In this document: positions 51,195 to 63,783 of the stretch, in pieces | Layout of the letters: each line of letters opens with the position of its first letter | How positions within the stretch are numbered: position 1 is the stretch's first letter | Origin: Bacteroidetes bacterium ADurb.Bin217 | GTDB lineage: Bacteria; Bacteroidota; Bacteroidia; Bacteroidales; UBA1715 | Length of the DNA: 64,000 bases | Direction: 5' to 3' | NCBI GenBank assembly: GCA_002069975.1 | Contig: MWCJ01000006.1 | Span: 6,153-70,152, forward strand | Notes under the pieces: model-generated | The model's database searches: none | What the model saw: only the letters and a program-made list of their open reading frames with translations | What the model was told of the DNA's origin: nothing | Translations under genes and position numbers: made by a program

Positions 51195-52535
51195 TTATAT
51201 TGAAGATGAAGTAAGTCCTGATGAAGAACGCCCTTTAATTCTTCCTGTCTTCATCAATCCATCATAATGTCGGTTCAACAAATGACTTTCAATTTGTTGT
51301 AATGTATCTAGAATAACTCCTACTATAATTAGCAATGAAGTTCCGCCATAAAAATATGCAAACTGATTACTCACTTGAGATAACATTGCAAGTGCGGGTA
51401 ATATTGCAACAAAAGCAAGAAATAAAGATCCAGGTAGAGTTATTCTTGACATAACATTATCTATAAACTCAGCTGTTTTTTTTCCAGGTTTAATACCAGG
51501 AATAAAACCACCATTTCTTTTTAACTCATCGGCAATTTGCTGGGGGTTCATCGTAATTGCAGTATAAAAATATGTAAATGCTATAATTAACAATGCATAC
51601 ACAAGATTATATCCGAAGCTGGTAAAATCTGAAAAAGTAGTAACAAACCAAGACACATTATCTGTAGTGCTAAAACCAGCAAATGTTAATGGAATGAACA
51701 TTAATGCTTGAGCAAAAATTATAGGCATTACACCTGCCGCATTAACTTTTAATGGCAAGTATTGACGAACACCGCCATATTGTTTATTTCCAACTACCCT
51801 TTTAGCATATTGAACAGGTATTCTTCTTGTACCCTGAACTAGTAAAATTGATAATGTTATAATTACTAATAACATAACCATTTCAACCAAGAATACTATT
51901 AAACCACCAGCCCCCTCCATTCTCATTCCAAATTCTTGAAATAATGCAGCAGGAAAATTAGCAATAATTCCAATCATAATAATAAATGAAATACCATTTC
52001 CAATTCCTTTATCAGTAATCCGTTCTCCTAACCACATTACGAACATTGTTCCGGCAATTAAAATAATAATTGATGAAAACCAAAAGAATCCAGTATTTAC
52101 AATTATTGCTTCTGGAATTTGAAATTGTAGATTTTTAAGATAACCAGGAGCTTGTGCAGCACAAATAAGTACTGTTAAAAATCTTGTAATTTGTGTAATT
52201 TTTTTACGACCACTCTCACCTTCTTTTTGAAGACGTTGAAAATATGGGATTGCGATACCAAATAACTGTATAACAATAGATGCAGATATATAAGGCATAA
52301 TACCTAGAGCAAAAACAGATGCATTTGCAAACGCACCACCAGAAAACATATTTATTAAACTAAGAAGACCTGAATCTGCTTGCGTAGCTAATTTATCAAG
52401 TCCATTTGGATCAATTCCTGGTAAAACAACAAAAGAACCAAACCGGTAGACTAAAATAAGCCCTAAAGTAAACAGAATTCTAGAACGTAATTCTTCAATT
52501 CTATAAATATTTTTGAGAGTTTCAATAAATTTCAT
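51195..52535 (-). CDS. secY: Preprotein translocase subunit SecY
   Basis: 446 aa, 10-TM pattern. [10 protein letters not shown] and GNGISFIIM blocks. Confidence 0.97.
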   Translation of the reverse strand: MKFIETLKNIYRIEELRSRILFTLGLILVYRFGSFVVLPGIDPNGLDKLATQADSGLLSLINMFSGGAFANASVFALGIMPYISASIVIQLFGIAIPYFQRLQKEGESGRKKITQITRFLTVLICAAQAPGYLKNLQFQIPEAIIVNTGFFWFSSIIILIAGTMFVMWLGERITDKGIGNGISFIIMIGIIANFPAALFQEFGMRMEGAGGLIVFLVEMVMLLVIITLSILLVQGTRRIPVQYAKRVVGNKQYGGVRQYLPLKVNAAGVMPIIFAQALMFIPLTFAGFSTTDNVSWFVTTFSDFTSFGYNLVYALLIIAFTYFYTAITMNPQQIADELKRNGGFIPGIKPGKKTAEFIDNVMSRITLPGSLFLAFVAILPALAMLSQVSNQFAYFYGGTSLLIIVGVILDTLQQIESHLLNRHYDGLMKTGRIKGRSSSGLTSSSI

Positions 52536-52540
52536 AAAAA

Positions 52541-52987
52541 TTAGATTTTTTCGATTGAACCACCATTAGTTTCAACTAATTCTTTAGCTTTTTGAGAAAA
52601 AGCCGGAACTTTAATTGTTACTTTAGCAGACAAAGAACCTTTTGCTAATACTTTTATTAAGTCATTTTTTGAACATAACCCATTTTTCGCAAAAACAGTA
52701 GTATCAAATTCGGTAATTTGCTTTTTATCAACTAAATTTTGAATATCACTTAAATTTATAGCTTTATATTCAACACGGTTTATATTTTTAAAACCATATT
52801 TTGGTACACGACGCTGTAATGGCATTTGACCACCCTCGAATCCAATTTTTTTAGAATATCCACTTCGAGATTTTGCACCTTTATGTCCTCTAGTACTAGT
52901 ACCACCTAAACCAGAACCGGCACCACGTCCAATAATTTTTTTTGTTTTTGTAGAACCTTTTGCAGGTTTTAACGCTTCTAATTTCAT
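52541..52987 (-). CDS. rplO: 50S ribosomal protein L15
   Basis: MKLEALKPAKGSTKTKKIIGRGAGSGLGGTSTRGHKG... Confidence 0.96.
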   Translation of the reverse strand: MKLEALKPAKGSTKTKKIIGRGAGSGLGGTSTRGHKGAKSRSGYSKKIGFEGGQMPLQRRVPKYGFKNINRVEYKAINLSDIQNLVDKKQITEFDTTVFAKNGLCSKNDLIKVLAKGSLSAKVTIKVPAFSQKAKELVETNGGSIEKI

Positions 52988-52989
52988 TG

Positions 52990-53172
52990 TTATTTAATTT
53001 CTTCGATTTGAACTAAATGTTTAACTTTTTCTATCATACCTGAAATTTGAGGAGTAAGATTTTGTTCGGTTTTTGAACCAATTTTTCCTAATCCCAAAGC
53101 TTCAAGAACCAATTTTTGATGTTTGGTTTGACCAATTTTACTTTTGGCAAGTGTTATTCGAATTTTAGACAT
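52990..53172 (-). CDS. rpmD: 50S ribosomal protein L30
   Basis: 60 aa. IRITLAKSKIGQTKHQKLVLEALGL. Position between rpsE and rplO. Confidence 0.93.
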   Translation of the reverse strand: MSKIRITLAKSKIGQTKHQKLVLEALGLGKIGSKTEQNLTPQISGMIEKVKHLVQIEEIK

Positions 53173-53184
53173 AGTTATATGTGT

Positions 53185-53700
53185 TTATCCATTAAATACT
53201 TTAGATAATTCAACTCTACGTTGCTCTGATACCATATACGCATCTCGCATTTCAGTCAAAGCTTTAAACGTAGCTTTAACAACATTGTGAGGATTTGATG
53301 AACCTTTAGATTTAGCTAACACGTCGGTTATACCAGCACTTTCAAGAACAGATCTCATTGCACCACCAGCTTTAACACCAGTACCATGAGAAGCAGGTTT
53401 CATAAATACAATGGCACCACTATATTTCGATTCTTGTTGGTGAGGAATTGTTCCTTTAATTATTGGAACTTTGATAAGATTCTTCTTAGCATCTTCAACA
53501 CCTTTAGCAATAGCCGCAGTAACCTCACCGGCTTTTCCTAAACCATATCCTACAATACCATTTTCATCTCCAACTACAACTATAGCAGAAAAACTAAATG
53601 TTCTACCACCTTTAGTAACTTTGGTTACACGATTTATTGCAACTAAACGATCTTTTAATTCTAAATCAGATGTTCTTACTTTTCTATTATTTTCAGCCAT
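53185..53700 (-). CDS. rpsE: 30S ribosomal protein S5
   Basis: [27 protein letters not shown]... Confidence 0.97.
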   Translation of the reverse strand: MAENNRKVRTSDLELKDRLVAINRVTKVTKGGRTFSFSAIVVVGDENGIVGYGLGKAGEVTAAIAKGVEDAKKNLIKVPIIKGTIPHQQESKYSGAIVFMKPASHGTGVKAGGAMRSVLESAGITDVLAKSKGSSNPHNVVKATFKALTEMRDAYMVSEQRRVELSKVFNG

Positions 53701-53706
53701 ATTGTA

Positions 53707-54069
53707 TTAAAATTTTAAGCCATTATTACGAGCTGATTCAGCCAATGATTTAACTCTACCGTGATATAAATATCCATTTCTATCGAACACTACGTTATCG
53801 ATTCCCTTTTCAATTGCTTTTTTTGCAACAAAGGTTCCTACTATAGTAGCTTGATCAACTTTATTTTTACCAACACATTCTTTTGCAATATCTTTATCTA
53901 AAGAAGATACAGCTATTAGCGTACTGCCAGCCAAATCATCAATTAATTGCACAGAAATTTGTTTATTACTTCTAAAAACAGTCATTCGTGGTCTCTCTGC
54001 AGAACCCTCTACAATTTTACGAATACGTTTTTTAATTCTTAATCTTCTTTCAACTTTCGTGATAGCCAT
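53707..54069 (-). CDS. rplR: 50S ribosomal protein L18
   Basis: [20 protein letters not shown]...[26 protein letters not shown]. Confidence 0.96.
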   Translation of the reverse strand: MAITKVERRLRIKKRIRKIVEGSAERPRMTVFRSNKQISVQLIDDLAGSTLIAVSSLDKDIAKECVGKNKVDQATIVGTFVAKKAIEKGIDNVVFDRNGYLYHGRVKSLAESARNNGLKF

Positions 54070-54085
54070 TTTGAACTATTTTTTA

Positions 54086-54637
54086 TTATTTACCTGCTGA
54101 TTTACCTGCTTTACGACGCACTTGTTCGTTTTTGAAACGAATACCTTTACCTTTATATGGTTCAGGAACTCTAAACGATCGTATTTTTGCTGCTACTTGC
54201 CCTAATAATTGTTTATCAATACTAGTAAGAGTTAAAAGTGGATTACTACCTCTTTCAGATTTAGCTTCTGCTTTAACTTCTTTTGGCAATTGTAATATTA
54301 TTGTATGTGAGTATCCTAAAGACATTTCCACATTTTGACCTGTAACATTTACCCGATATCCAACACCAACAAATTCTTGTTCAATAGTATATCCATTACT
54401 AACACCATCAACCATATTTTGAATTAAAGAACGATATAATCCATGTTTTGATTTATGATCTTTTTCTTCAGATGGACGATTAACAACAATTTGATTTTTA
54501 TCTATATCTAGTGTAAATCCCTCATCAATTTTTTGAGTTAATTCTCCTTTTGGACCTTTTACGGTTACTATAGAATTATTAACGGTTACTTCAACCTTAT
54601 CTGGGATACTTATAGGAGCTTTACCAATTCGTGACAT
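54086..54637 (-). CDS. rplF: 50S ribosomal protein L6
   Basis: The canonical MSRIGKAPISIP start is at 54637. The track ORF is extended to 54685, into rpsH. Confidence 0.95.
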   Translation of the reverse strand: MSRIGKAPISIPDKVEVTVNNSIVTVKGPKGELTQKIDEGFTLDIDKNQIVVNRPSEEKDHKSKHGLYRSLIQNMVDGVSNGYTIEQEFVGVGYRVNVTGQNVEMSLGYSHTIILQLPKEVKAEAKSERGSNPLLTLTSIDKQLLGQVAAKIRSFRVPEPYKGKGIRFKNEQVRRKAGKSAGK

Positions 54638-54650
54638 TATTTTTCCTTTT

Positions 54651-55046
54651 TTAATAAATGTAACATAAAACTTCGCCACCAACATTTAATGCTTTTGCTT
54701 CTTTGTCTGAAACAATTCCTTTGTTTGTAGAAAGAATTGCAATTCCAAGACCATTAAGTACACGAGGCATTTCGTCTGTTGATACATATTTTCTTAATCC
54801 CGGTTTACTAACTCTTTGTAGAGACTTAATTGCGGGTGTTTTTGATACAGGATGATATTTAAGTGCAATTTTAATAACTCCCTGAATTTGAGAGTCTTCA
54901 AATTTATAACTTAAAATATAACCTTTGTCATGAAGTACTTTTGTAATTTCCTTTTTCATGTTAGACGAAGGAATTTCAACAACTTTATGACGTGCTGCTT
55001 GAGCGTTTCTAATTCTTGTTAGATAATCTGCTATTGGATCTGTCAT
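54651..55046 (-). CDS. rpsH: 30S ribosomal protein S8
   Basis: MTDPIADYLTRIRNA... Confidence 0.97.
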   Translation of the reverse strand: MTDPIADYLTRIRNAQAARHKVVEIPSSNMKKEITKVLHDKGYILSYKFEDSQIQGVIKIALKYHPVSKTPAIKSLQRVSKPGLRKYVSTDEMPRVLNGLGIAILSTNKGIVSDKEAKALNVGGEVLCYIY

Positions 55047-55065
55047 GTTACTTATCTATATTATT

Positions 55066-55335
55066 TTACCAACTTGCTTTTTTTACTCCCGGAATTAATC
55101 CTGCCGATGCCATTTCTCTGAATTGGATACGACTGATTCCAAATTGTCTCATATATCCTTTAGGACGACCTGTTATATTACATCTATTGTGTAATCTATT
55201 AGGATTTGAGTTTTTAGGTAATTTACTTAAACCTACATAATCACCTTGTGCTTTTAGTTCTGCGCGTTTTTTCGCATATTTATCAACTAATTTTTTACGC
55301 TTTACTTCGCGTGCTTTCATTGATTCTTTTGCCAT
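55066..55335 (-). CDS. rpsN: 30S ribosomal protein S14 (long, non-zinc form)
   Basis: 89 aa, no CxxC pairs. ...[25 protein letters not shown]. Confidence 0.95.
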   Translation of the reverse strand: MAKESMKAREVKRKKLVDKYAKKRAELKAQGDYVGLSKLPKNSNPNRLHNRCNITGRPKGYMRQFGISRIQFREMASAGLIPGVKKASW

Positions 55336-55342
55336 ACTATTC

Positions 55343-55888
55343 TTATTTTTTAAATGGAAAACCGAATTCTTTTAATAAAGCAAATCCTTCTTCGTCAGTT
55401 TTTGCTGAAGTTACAATTGTAATATCCATTCCCAACATTGATGTAACTTTATCAACTTCTATTTCGGGAAAAATAATTTGTTCGGAAATTCCAAAAGTAT
55501 AATTACCACGTTTATCAAACTTTGTATTAAATCCTTGAAAATCGCGAATACGAGGTAATGATGCTGAAATAAGACGCTCTAAAAATTCATACATCTTTTC
55601 GCGGCGTAAAGTAACTTTAACACCAATTGGCATCCCTTTTCTTAATTTAAAATTTGAGATATCCTTTTTAGAGTACGTAGCTATAGCTTTTTGACCTGCT
55701 ATGATAGATAATTCATTTATAGCAGTTTCAATTAACTTTTTATCAGCTACAGCTTTACCAATACCTTGATTTATAACAACTTTCTCAATTCGAGGCACTT
55801 GCATTTTTGATTTATAGCCATATTCCTTTTGTAAGTTTCCTTGAACTTTTTCGAAATATAATTTTTTTAATGTAGGTGTATAGCTCAT
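55343..55888 (-). CDS. rplE: 50S ribosomal protein L5
   Basis: 181 aa. Position and the [11 protein letters not shown] block. The ATG overlaps the rplX stop. Confidence 0.96.
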   Translation of the reverse strand: MSYTPTLKKLYFEKVQGNLQKEYGYKSKMQVPRIEKVVINQGIGKAVADKKLIETAINELSIIAGQKAIATYSKKDISNFKLRKGMPIGVKVTLRREKMYEFLERLISASLPRIRDFQGFNTKFDKRGNYTFGISEQIIFPEIEVDKVTSMLGMDITIVTSAKTDEEGFALLKEFGFPFKK

Positions 55889-56211
55889 TACTTAATCTCC
55901 TCTCCCGTCTTTTTTGAATATCTAACTAATTTACCTTTATCGTTCATTTTTCTACCAATTTTTGTAGGTTTTCCTGTAGCAGGATTAACAAGCATAAGGT
56001 TAGAAACATGAATAGGAGCTTCCTTTTTAACAATTCCTCCTTGTGGATTTTTAGCATTTGGTTTCGTTGATTTCGAAATCAAATTTACTCCTTCAACAAT
56101 AGCTTTATCGGATTTAGTAACCATTTCCAATACTTTACCTTCGGTACCTTTATATTCACCGGAAATAACAACTACTGTATCACCCTTTTTTATATGATAT
56201 TTATTTTGCAT
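55888..56211 (-). CDS. rplX: 50S ribosomal protein L24
   Basis: [21 protein letters not shown] (KOW motif). Confidence 0.95.
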   Translation of the reverse strand: MQNKYHIKKGDTVVVISGEYKGTEGKVLEMVTKSDKAIVEGVNLISKSTKPNAKNPQGGIVKKEAPIHVSNLMLVNPATGKPTKIGRKMNDKGKLVRYSKKTGEEIK

Positions 56212-56227
56212 TTTTTAGTCGATTAAA

Positions 56228-56596
56228 TTATAATACTTCAGGTGCTAATGAAACAATTTTCATATATTGTTTATCATGCAATTCGCGTCCAACAGGACCA
56301 AAAATACGAGTTCCCCTCATCTCACCGGCTTCGTTCAATAAAACTACAGCATTATCATCAAAACGGATATATGAACCATCTGGACGTTTTACTTCTTTAG
56401 TTGTGCGTACAATAACACCTTTTGTAACTTGACCTTTTCTAACATTACCATTAGGAATAGCATCTTTAACGGTAACAACAATCTTATCACCTATAGATGC
56501 ATACCTTTTACGAGTACCACCTAGTACGCGAATACAGAGAACTTCTTTTGCTCCACTGTTATCTGCAACATTTAATCTAGATTCTTGCTGTATCAT
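56228..56596 (-). CDS. rplN: 50S ribosomal protein L14
   Basis: [27 protein letters not shown]... Confidence 0.98.
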   Translation of the reverse strand: MIQQESRLNVADNSGAKEVLCIRVLGGTRKRYASIGDKIVVTVKDAIPNGNVRKGQVTKGVIVRTTKEVKRPDGSYIRFDDNAVVLLNEAGEMRGTRIFGPVGRELHDKQYMKIVSLAPEVL

Positions 56597-56597
56597 T

Positions 56598-56852
56598 TTA
56601 TTTAGCTCTTTCTATTATTTCTACTAATCGCCAACATTTTGTTTTACTTAATGGGCGTGTTTCCATTATTCTTACAGTATCACCTTCATTACACTCATTT
56701 TTATCATCATGAGCAACAAATTTGGTAGTTTTTTTCAAAAACTTACCATACATTGGGTGTTTTACTTTTCTTTCTACAGCAACAATAACAGATTTATCCA
56801 TTTTGTTGCTCACAACGATACCGATTCGTTCTTTTCTGAAATTTCTTTCCAT
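56598..56852 (-). CDS. rpsQ: 30S ribosomal protein S17
   Basis: [27 protein letters not shown]... Confidence 0.96.
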   Translation of the reverse strand: MERNFRKERIGIVVSNKMDKSVIVAVERKVKHPMYGKFLKKTTKFVAHDDKNECNEGDTVRIMETRPLSKTKCWRLVEIIERAK

Positions 56853-56869
56853 TTTAGATATTTCTTATC

Positions 56870-57064
56870 TTATTTATTAAGTTCTCGTTCTCTTAAAATT
56901 GTTTGAATTCTTGCAATCTTTTTACGAGACTCTTTTATTACATTGGGATTTTCAAGTGGATTGATAGAATGATTTAATTTCATTTTATTTGAATTTTCTA
57001 TTTCAACTTGAAGTTTTTCCTCTAATTCTTTTGTTGATAATTCTCTAATTTCTGCTGCTTTCAT
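56870..57064 (-). CDS. rpmC: 50S ribosomal protein L29
   Basis: MKAAEIRELSTKELEEKL... Confidence 0.94.
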   Translation of the reverse strand: MKAAEIRELSTKELEEKLQVEIENSNKMKLNHSINPLENPNVIKESRKKIARIQTILRERELNK

Positions 57065-57078
57065 TTGTATATTATTTT

Positions 57079-57501
57079 CTATTCTTGAACATAATCATTA
57101 CGAACAATAAATTTTGTTGTTATAGGTAATTTTTGAGCTGCTAATCTTAGAGCTTCTTTAGCTATTTCAAGAGACACACCTTCAGCTTCAAATAAAATTC
57201 TACCTGGAGTAACAGGTGCAACCCAATGCGAAAGGGCTCCCTTACCTTTACCCATACGAACTTCAGCAGGTTTAGAAGTTACAGGTTTATCAGGAAAAAT
57301 TCTAATCCATATTTGACCTTCACGTTTCATATAACGTGTAACTGCAATACGTGCAGCCTCGATTTGACGTGAGGTAATCCAACAAGTTTCAAGAGATTTA
57401 ATCCCAAAAGATCCAAATGCTAATTCATGACCTCTTTGAGAAATACCTTTCATTTTCCCTTTTTGTTGCTTTCTGAATTTTGTTTTTTTAGGTTGTAACA
57501 T
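57079..57501 (-). CDS. rplP: 50S ribosomal protein L16
   Basis: [19 protein letters not shown]... Confidence 0.97.
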   Translation of the reverse strand: MLQPKKTKFRKQQKGKMKGISQRGHELAFGSFGIKSLETCWITSRQIEAARIAVTRYMKREGQIWIRIFPDKPVTSKPAEVRMGKGKGALSHWVAPVTPGRILFEAEGVSLEIAKEALRLAAQKLPITTKFIVRNDYVQE

Positions 57502-57520
57502 TGCTGTATATTCTTAAAAA

Positions 57521-58216
57521 TTATTTTTTACGTTTTCTCATAGATTTTTTTGGAGCTGAAGCCACATTACTATTGGGCGACAAATCAACTTTTCCATAAA
57601 CTTCTCCCTTGAATATCCAAACTTTTAAACCAAGTTTACCATATGTAGTTGAAGCTGCTGCAGTAGCATAATCAATATCAGCTCTTAATGTATGTAAAGG
57701 CGTTCTTCCTTCTTTGTACATTTCAGACCTAGCCATCTCCGCACCATTTAATCTACCTGAAATTTGTATTTTAATACCTTCGGCTCCCATTCTTATAGCA
57801 GATGCAATTGCCATTTTAATGGCTCTACGATAAGCAACACGACCTTCTAATTGACGCGCTATACTATCAGCAACAATAATTGCATCAAGTTCAGGACGTT
57901 TAATTTCGAATATATTAATTTCAACTTCTTTATTTGATATTTTTTTCAATTCCTCTTTTAGCTTATCAACTTCTTGACCACCTTTACCAATAATAATACC
58001 CGGACGAGCAGTATTTATAGTAATAGTAACTAATTTTAGAGTTCTTTCTATTATTATTTTAGAGATACTAGCTTTTGCAAGACGAGCATATAAATAACGA
58101 CGAATTTTATAATCTTCGTGTAATTTCTCAACATAGTCGTTTCCACCATACCAGTTAGAATCCCAACCTTTTATAATTCCTAATCTGTTTCCTATTGGAT
58201 TTACTTTTTGTCCCAT
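57521..58216 (-). CDS. rpsC: 30S ribosomal protein S3
   Basis: [23 protein letters not shown]... Confidence 0.97.
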   Translation of the reverse strand: MGQKVNPIGNRLGIIKGWDSNWYGGNDYVEKLHEDYKIRRYLYARLAKASISKIIIERTLKLVTITINTARPGIIIGKGGQEVDKLKEELKKISNKEVEINIFEIKRPELDAIIVADSIARQLEGRVAYRRAIKMAIASAIRMGAEGIKIQISGRLNGAEMARSEMYKEGRTPLHTLRADIDYATAAASTTYGKLGLKVWIFKGEVYGKVDLSPNSNVASAPKKSMRKRKK

Positions 58217-58226
58217 GAATGTAATT

Positions 58227-58637
58227 TTATGCTTCTGTTTCTAATTGAATAGTATCTACAACAACCGTAACGTGATTTGAACGTTTACGAATTCTATGAG
58301 CTCTTCCTTGCGGAGCAGGTTGAATACGTTTAATCATTCTACCTTCATCAACAAAAATCTCTTTAATAAACAATTGATTGTCTTCAATTCGTTTACCTTC
58401 GTTTTTTTGTTGCCAATTGTTTACTGCACTTAAAACAAGTTTTTCAACTTTTCGTGAAGCTTCTTTTGTAGAATATCGTAATACATCTAGTGCATTATTA
58501 ACTTCTTTACCTCTAACCATGTCTGCAACTAAACGCATTTTTCGTGGTGACGAAGGACAATTTCTAAGAATTGCAAATGCTTTTATTTTTTTTGCTTCCT
58601 TTATTTGGTCAGCTTTAATTTTCTTTCTATTACTCAT
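58227..58637 (-). CDS. rplV: 50S ribosomal protein L22
   Basis: Position between rpsS and rps[15 protein letters not shown] block. Confidence 0.95.
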   Translation of the reverse strand: MSNRKKIKADQIKEAKKIKAFAILRNCPSSPRKMRLVADMVRGKEVNNALDVLRYSTKEASRKVEKLVLSAVNNWQQKNEGKRIEDNQLFIKEIFVDEGRMIKRIQPAPQGRAHRIRKRSNHVTVVVDTIQLETEA

Positions 58638-58647
58638 GACTTAGATC

Positions 58648-58923
58648 TTATTTCTTTTTATTCTTTTTACCGGCATGACCTCTAAAATTTCTTGTTGGCG
58701 AAAACTCTCCGAGTTTATGTCCAACCATATTTTCTGTTACATACACAGGGATAAATTTATTTCCGTTATGAACAGCTATTGTATGACCAACAAAATCAGG
58801 AGAAATCATTGAAGCTCTTGCCCAAGTTTTTATTACCGATTTTTTTCCATTATCATTCATTTGAAGAACTTTACGTTCCAAATTAAAATCAATATATGGA
58901 CCTTTTTTAAGTGAACGACTCAT
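58648..58923 (-). CDS. rpsS: 30S ribosomal protein S19
   Basis: [15 protein letters not shown]...[16 protein letters not shown]. Confidence 0.97.
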   Translation of the reverse strand: MSRSLKKGPYIDFNLERKVLQMNDNGKKSVIKTWARASMISPDFVGHTIAVHNGNKFIPVYVTENMVGHKLGEFSPTRNFRGHAGKKNKKK

Positions 58924-58941
58924 AATACGTATTCAGTTATA

Positions 58942-59766
58942 TTATTTTTTTCTACTTTCAATTATTAATTTACTTGATGCTTTTTTAGGTGCACGAGTTT
59001 TATACCCTTTTGCTGGCAAACCTTTACGTGAACGTGGATGACCACCCGAAGCACGACCTTCACCACCACCCATTGGGTGATCAACAGGATTCATTACAAC
59101 ACCACGAACTCGAGGACGACGTCCTAACCATCTACTTCTACCAGCTTTACCTGAACGAATTAATGAATGTTCTGAATTTGATACCGCACCAATTGTAGCT
59201 TTACAAGTAATCAACACCATACGTGTTTCACCCGATGGTAATTTAATTATAGCATATTTTCCATCTCGAGAAGCTAATTGTGCATACGTTCCTGCACTTC
59301 TTGCTAATTGAGCACCTTTTCCAGGAGTTAATTCAATATTATGAATAACAGTACCAAGAGGAATTTCTTTGAGATATAAACTATTTCCAATTTCAGGTTC
59401 TACACCTTCACCAGAAGCTACAGTTTGACCAATTTTAATACCTTGAGGTGCGATAATATATCTCTTTTCTCCATCAGAATATTGAATCAAACAAATATTA
59501 GCACTTCTATTCGGATCATATTCTACAGTTAATACTTCTGCTTGAACATTTTCTTTATCTCTTTTGAAATCGATAATACGGTATTTTTTCTTATGACCAC
59601 CACCTATATATCGCATAGTCATTTTACCTGTATTATTTCGACCACCTGATCTTTTAATACTTTCAATTAAAGATTTTTCAGGTTTTACTTTTGAAATACC
59701 AGTATTAACTGCTACAATTTTATGTCTTTGTCCGGGAGTTACCGGTTTTAACTTTTTTATTGCCAT
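58942..59766 (-). CDS. rplB: 50S ribosomal protein L2
   Basis: [15 protein letters not shown]...[16 protein letters not shown]. Confidence 0.98.
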   Translation of the reverse strand: MAIKKLKPVTPGQRHKIVAVNTGISKVKPEKSLIESIKRSGGRNNTGKMTMRYIGGGHKKKYRIIDFKRDKENVQAEVLTVEYDPNRSANICLIQYSDGEKRYIIAPQGIKIGQTVASGEGVEPEIGNSLYLKEIPLGTVIHNIELTPGKGAQLARSAGTYAQLASRDGKYAIIKLPSGETRMVLITCKATIGAVSNSEHSLIRSGKAGRSRWLGRRPRVRGVVMNPVDHPMGGGEGRASGGHPRSRKGLPAKGYKTRAPKKASSKLIIESRKK

Positions 59767-59770
59767 CGTA

Positions 59771-60064
59771 TTAAATATTACTATAGAAGTCTATTTGTTC
59801 TCCTTGTTTTAAAGATACTATTGCTTTTTTGTATGAATTAGTTTTACCAACCACAACACCACTTTTAGTGTTACGTGCTTTAACTTTTCCTGCATAGCGA
59901 ATAGTATTTACAGACTCTACGGTTACACCGTACATATCTTCTACCGCTTTTTTAATCTGAATTTTATCAGCTCTTTCATCTACTATAAAACCATATTGGT
60001 TTAAAGCATCTGACTTTTTTGACATTTTTTCAGTTATAAGTGGTCTTTGCAAAATTTCCATCAC
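59771..60064 (-). CDS. rplW: 50S ribosomal protein L23
   Basis: 97 aa. Position between rplD and rplB. ITEKMS block. Confidence 0.94.
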   Translation of the reverse strand: MMEILQRPLITEKMSKKSDALNQYGFIVDERADKIQIKKAVEDMYGVTVESVNTIRYAGKVKARNTKSGVVVGKTNSYKKAIVSLKQGEQIDFYSNI

Positions 60065-60067
60065 ACA

Positions 60068-60697
60068 TTAATTTTTTAAATTTTTCTCAATTTCTTCTAC
60101 CGAGCTCTCAAATAAAATCACATTTTTTGCCTTTAAAAGATCGTAAGTATTTATATCTGAAGCACTTACAACCGAAAAACCCTGTAAATTTCGAGAGGAC
60201 AAATATACATTTTTATTTATATTTGGTAATATTAATAAAGAATTTTTATTGTCTATTTTAAGATTTTCTTTTATTTGCAATAGTCGTTTTGTTTTAGGTG
60301 TCTCAAAATCAAAGTCTTCCACAACAATTACAGCATTGTCTTTTATTTTTGACGATAGTACAGATTTACGTGCAATATCTTTTACCTTTTTATTAATTTT
60401 TTGAGTATAATTACGAGGTTCTGGGCCAAAAATTCTACCTCCACCACGAAAAAGAGGGTTGTTTAAACTACCTGCACGTGCACCACCAGTACCTTTTTGT
60501 CGTTTAATTTTACGAGTACTACCTGCTATTGCATTACGTTCTTTAGAGCTATGTGTACCTTGACGTTTATTAGCAAGAATAGCTTTTACATCTAAATAAA
60601 CAGCATGTTCATTTGGTTCGATACAGAAAATTGATTCATCTAAAACAACTTTCTTGTTAGTATCTTTTCCTTGTATATCTTTAACTACTATTTCCAT
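60068..60697 (-). CDS. rplD: 50S ribosomal protein L4
   Basis: 209 aa. RQGTHSSKERNAIAGSTRKIKRQKGTGGARAGS. Confidence 0.96.
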   Translation of the reverse strand: MEIVVKDIQGKDTNKKVVLDESIFCIEPNEHAVYLDVKAILANKRQGTHSSKERNAIAGSTRKIKRQKGTGGARAGSLNNPLFRGGGRIFGPEPRNYTQKINKKVKDIARKSVLSSKIKDNAVIVVEDFDFETPKTKRLLQIKENLKIDNKNSLLILPNINKNVYLSSRNLQGFSVVSASDINTYDLLKAKNVILFESSVEEIEKNLKN

Positions 60698-61317
60698 TAT
60701 TTCGTCAATATTAAATATCCACCTTTAGCTCCAGGAACAGCTCCTTTCACCAATACTACATTTTTTTCAGGTAAAACTTTTACCACTTCAAGATTCTCAA
60801 CTTTAACTTGGTTTCCCCCCATCTGTCCACCCATTCTCATTCCTTTGAATACGCGAGAAGGTGTAGAACATGCACCAATAGAACCTGGAGCTCTGAGTCG
60901 GTTGTGCTGACCGTGAGTACTCTCACCAACACCACTAAAATTATGACGTTTTACAACACCTTGAAAACCTTTTCCTTTCGAAGTGCCGGTTATATCTAAC
61001 CAATCACCTTCTTCAATTAAACTTGATACATCAAGCACATCTCCTAAATTTACATCTTTATCAAAATCGCGAAATTCAACAACTGATCGTTTTGGTGATG
61101 TGTTTGCTTTTTTAAAATGACCTAACTCTGCACGAGTAGTATTTTTTTCTTTTTTCTCATCAAAAGCTAACTGCACTGAATTATATCCATCAGTTTCTTT
61201 AGTTTTAATTTGAGTAACCACACAAGGTCCTGTTTCAATAACAGTACATGCTATATTTTTTCCATCTGGTAAAAAGATGGAGGTCATACCTATTTTTTTT
61301 CCTAGTATTCCGAGCAT
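60697..61317 (-). CDS. rplC: 50S ribosomal protein L3
   Basis: [15 protein letters not shown]...[15 protein letters not shown]. Confidence 0.97.
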   Translation of the reverse strand: MLGILGKKIGMTSIFLPDGKNIACTVIETGPCVVTQIKTKETDGYNSVQLAFDEKKEKNTTRAELGHFKKANTSPKRSVVEFRDFDKDVNLGDVLDVSSLIEEGDWLDITGTSKGKGFQGVVKRHNFSGVGESTHGQHNRLRAPGSIGACSTPSRVFKGMRMGGQMGGNQVKVENLEVVKVLPEKNVVLVKGAVPGAKGGYLILTK

Positions 61318-61338
61318 TTTTACAAATTTAAAAAATTA

Positions 61339-61644
61339 TTACACTTTTATTTCTACTTCTACCCCACTTGGCAACTCAAGTTTCATAAGTGCATCAACTG
61401 TTTTTGACGTACTACTATATATATCAAGTAGACGTTTGTGTGATGTTAATTGAAACTGTTCTCGAGCTTTTTTGTTTACGTGAGTAGAACGTAAAACTGT
61501 AAAAATTCTCTTATGAGTTGGCAGCGGAATCGGACCACATACAACAGCACCTGTTGTTTTAACTGTTTTAACAATCTTTTCGGCAGATTTGTCTACAAGA
61601 TTGTGGTCATAAGATTTCAACTTAATTCTGATTTTTTGACTCAT
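61339..61644 (-). CDS. rpsJ: 30S ribosomal protein S10
   Basis: [25 protein letters not shown]... Confidence 0.97.
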   Translation of the reverse strand: MSQKIRIKLKSYDHNLVDKSAEKIVKTVKTTGAVVCGPIPLPTHKRIFTVLRSTHVNKKAREQFQLTSHKRLLDIYSSTSKTVDALMKLELPSGVEVEIKV

Positions 61645-61666
61645 GCCTTTATGTATTAATTATCTA

Positions 61667-63760
61667 TTATTTACTTTTATTAATTACTGCTTCTGCTAAA
61701 TTTGCAGGTACTTGTTCGTAATGATCAAATTCCATAGTAGATGTTGCTCTACCTGATGTAATCGTACGAAGATCTGTTACGTATCCAAACATTTCTGAAA
61801 GCGGAACATATGCTTTTACTACACTAGCATTATTTTTCGAATCCATACCTCTGATTTGACCTCTTCGTTTGTTAAGGTCACCAACAACATCACCCATATA
61901 ATCTTCTGGAGTTACAACTTCAATTTTCATGATAGGTTCTAACAATTTTGGAGCAGCTTTTCTACAAGCTTCTTTAAATGCTAATTTCGCACAAATTTCG
62001 AACGATAATGCATCCGAGTCAACATCATGATATGAACCATCCATAAGTTGAACTTTAAGAGATTCAACTGTAAATCCAGCTAACACACCATTTTCCATAG
62101 CTTGTTTGAAACCTTTTTCTATTGAAGGTATAAATTCTTTTGGAATGTTACCACCTTTAACATAATCTTCAAACTGCAATCCGTCTTTACCTTCATCTGC
62201 AGGACCTATTTTGAATGAAATATCAGCAAATTTACCACGACCACCCGATTGTTTTTTAAATACTTCGCGGTGTTCAACCATTTGAGTAATACATTCTTTA
62301 TAATTAACTTGAGGTGCTCCCTGATTACATTCAACTTTAAACTCACGTTTTAATCGGTCTATAATAATTTCAAGGTGTAATTCACCCATCCCACTAATTA
62401 CAGTTTGACCACTATCTTGATCAGTTTTTACACGGAACGTAGGATCTTCTTCAGCTAATTTAGCCAACGCATTTCCCAACTTATCAACATCCGCTTTCGT
62501 TTTAGGCTCAATTGCCAAACCAATTACAGGCTCAGGGAATATCATAGATTCCAAAACAATAGGATGTTTTTCATCGCATAATGTATCTCCCGTTTTAATA
62601 TCTTTAAAACCAACAGCAGCACCAATATCACCACCTTCGATAAATTCTATTGGATTTTGTTTATTTGCATGCATTTGGTAAATACGCGAAATTCTTTCTT
62701 TTTGTTCACTACGAGTATTATACACATAAGAACCAGCATCTAAATGACCTGAATAAACTCTAAAGAAACAAAGTCTTCCAACAAAAGGGTCGGTAGCAAT
62801 TTTAAACGCAAGAGCACAAAAAGGATCTTCTGCACCTGGTTTTCTAAAAACATCTTCCCCTGTATTTGGATTTGTACCCTTAATTTTTTCACGATCAAGC
62901 GGACTTGGCAATAATTCCATTACATAATTCAACATTGTTTGAACTCCTTTGTTTTTAAAAGAAGAACCACAAAGCATAGGAATTATAGTATTCGTTACGC
63001 ATGCTTGACGAAGAGCTTTAAGAATTTCTTCTTCCGTAATAGAATCAGAATCATCGAAGAATTTCTCCATTAAATTATCATCAAATTCAGCTATAGCTTC
63101 CAATAATTTTCCTCGCCATTCTATTACTTCATCAGCCATATCTGCAGGAATAGGAACTTCTTGAAAAGTCATTCCTTGATCGGCTTCATTCCAAATCATA
63201 CCTTTATTGGTAACTAAATCAACCACACCTTTGAAATTTTCTTCTTCACCAATTGGTAATTGTAAAGGTATAGCATTACCACCAAGCATTTCTTTAACTT
63301 GTTTAACTACGTTTAGAAAATCGGCACCTTGACGGTCCATTTTATTAACAAATCCTAAACGAGTTACATTATAATTATCAGCTAAACGCCAGTTTGTTTC
63401 TGATTGAGGCTCAACACCATCAACAGCAGAAAATAAAAACACAAGACCATCAAGAATACGAAGAGATCTATTTACCTCTACGGTAAAATCAACGTGTCCG
63501 GGAGTATCTATAATATTTACCTTGTAAGAATTATCTTTATAATTCCAAAAACAAGTAGTTGCAGCAGAAGCAATGGTTATACCGCGTTCCTGCTCTTGAG
63601 CCATCCAGTCCATTGTTGCAGCACCATCATGCACTTCACCAATTTTATGAGTAACTCCTGCATAATATAATATACGCTCGGTAGTTGTAGTTTTTCCAGC
63701 ATCAATATGAGCTGCTATACCAATATTTCTTGTATAATTTAAGTCGTGTTTTTTAGCCAT
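61667..63760 (-). CDS. fusA: Translation elongation factor G
   Basis: 697 aa. [30 protein letters not shown] and NKMDR G-domain motifs. Confidence 0.98.
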   Translation of the reverse strand: MAKKHDLNYTRNIGIAAHIDAGKTTTTERILYYAGVTHKIGEVHDGAATMDWMAQEQERGITIASAATTCFWNYKDNSYKVNIIDTPGHVDFTVEVNRSLRILDGLVFLFSAVDGVEPQSETNWRLADNYNVTRLGFVNKMDRQGADFLNVVKQVKEMLGGNAIPLQLPIGEEENFKGVVDLVTNKGMIWNEADQGMTFQEVPIPADMADEVIEWRGKLLEAIAEFDDNLMEKFFDDSDSITEEEILKALRQACVTNTIIPMLCGSSFKNKGVQTMLNYVMELLPSPLDREKIKGTNPNTGEDVFRKPGAEDPFCALAFKIATDPFVGRLCFFRVYSGHLDAGSYVYNTRSEQKERISRIYQMHANKQNPIEFIEGGDIGAAVGFKDIKTGDTLCDEKHPIVLESMIFPEPVIGLAIEPKTKADVDKLGNALAKLAEEDPTFRVKTDQDSGQTVISGMGELHLEIIIDRLKREFKVECNQGAPQVNYKECITQMVEHREVFKKQSGGRGKFADISFKIGPADEGKDGLQFEDYVKGGNIPKEFIPSIEKGFKQAMENGVLAGFTVESLKVQLMDGSYHDVDSDALSFEICAKLAFKEACRKAAPKLLEPIMKIEVVTPEDYMGDVVGDLNKRRGQIRGMDSKNNASVVKAYVPLSEMFGYVTDLRTITSGRATSTMEFDHYEQVPANLAEAVINKSK

Positions 63761-63783
63761 TGTTGTAACCCAATAATAATATA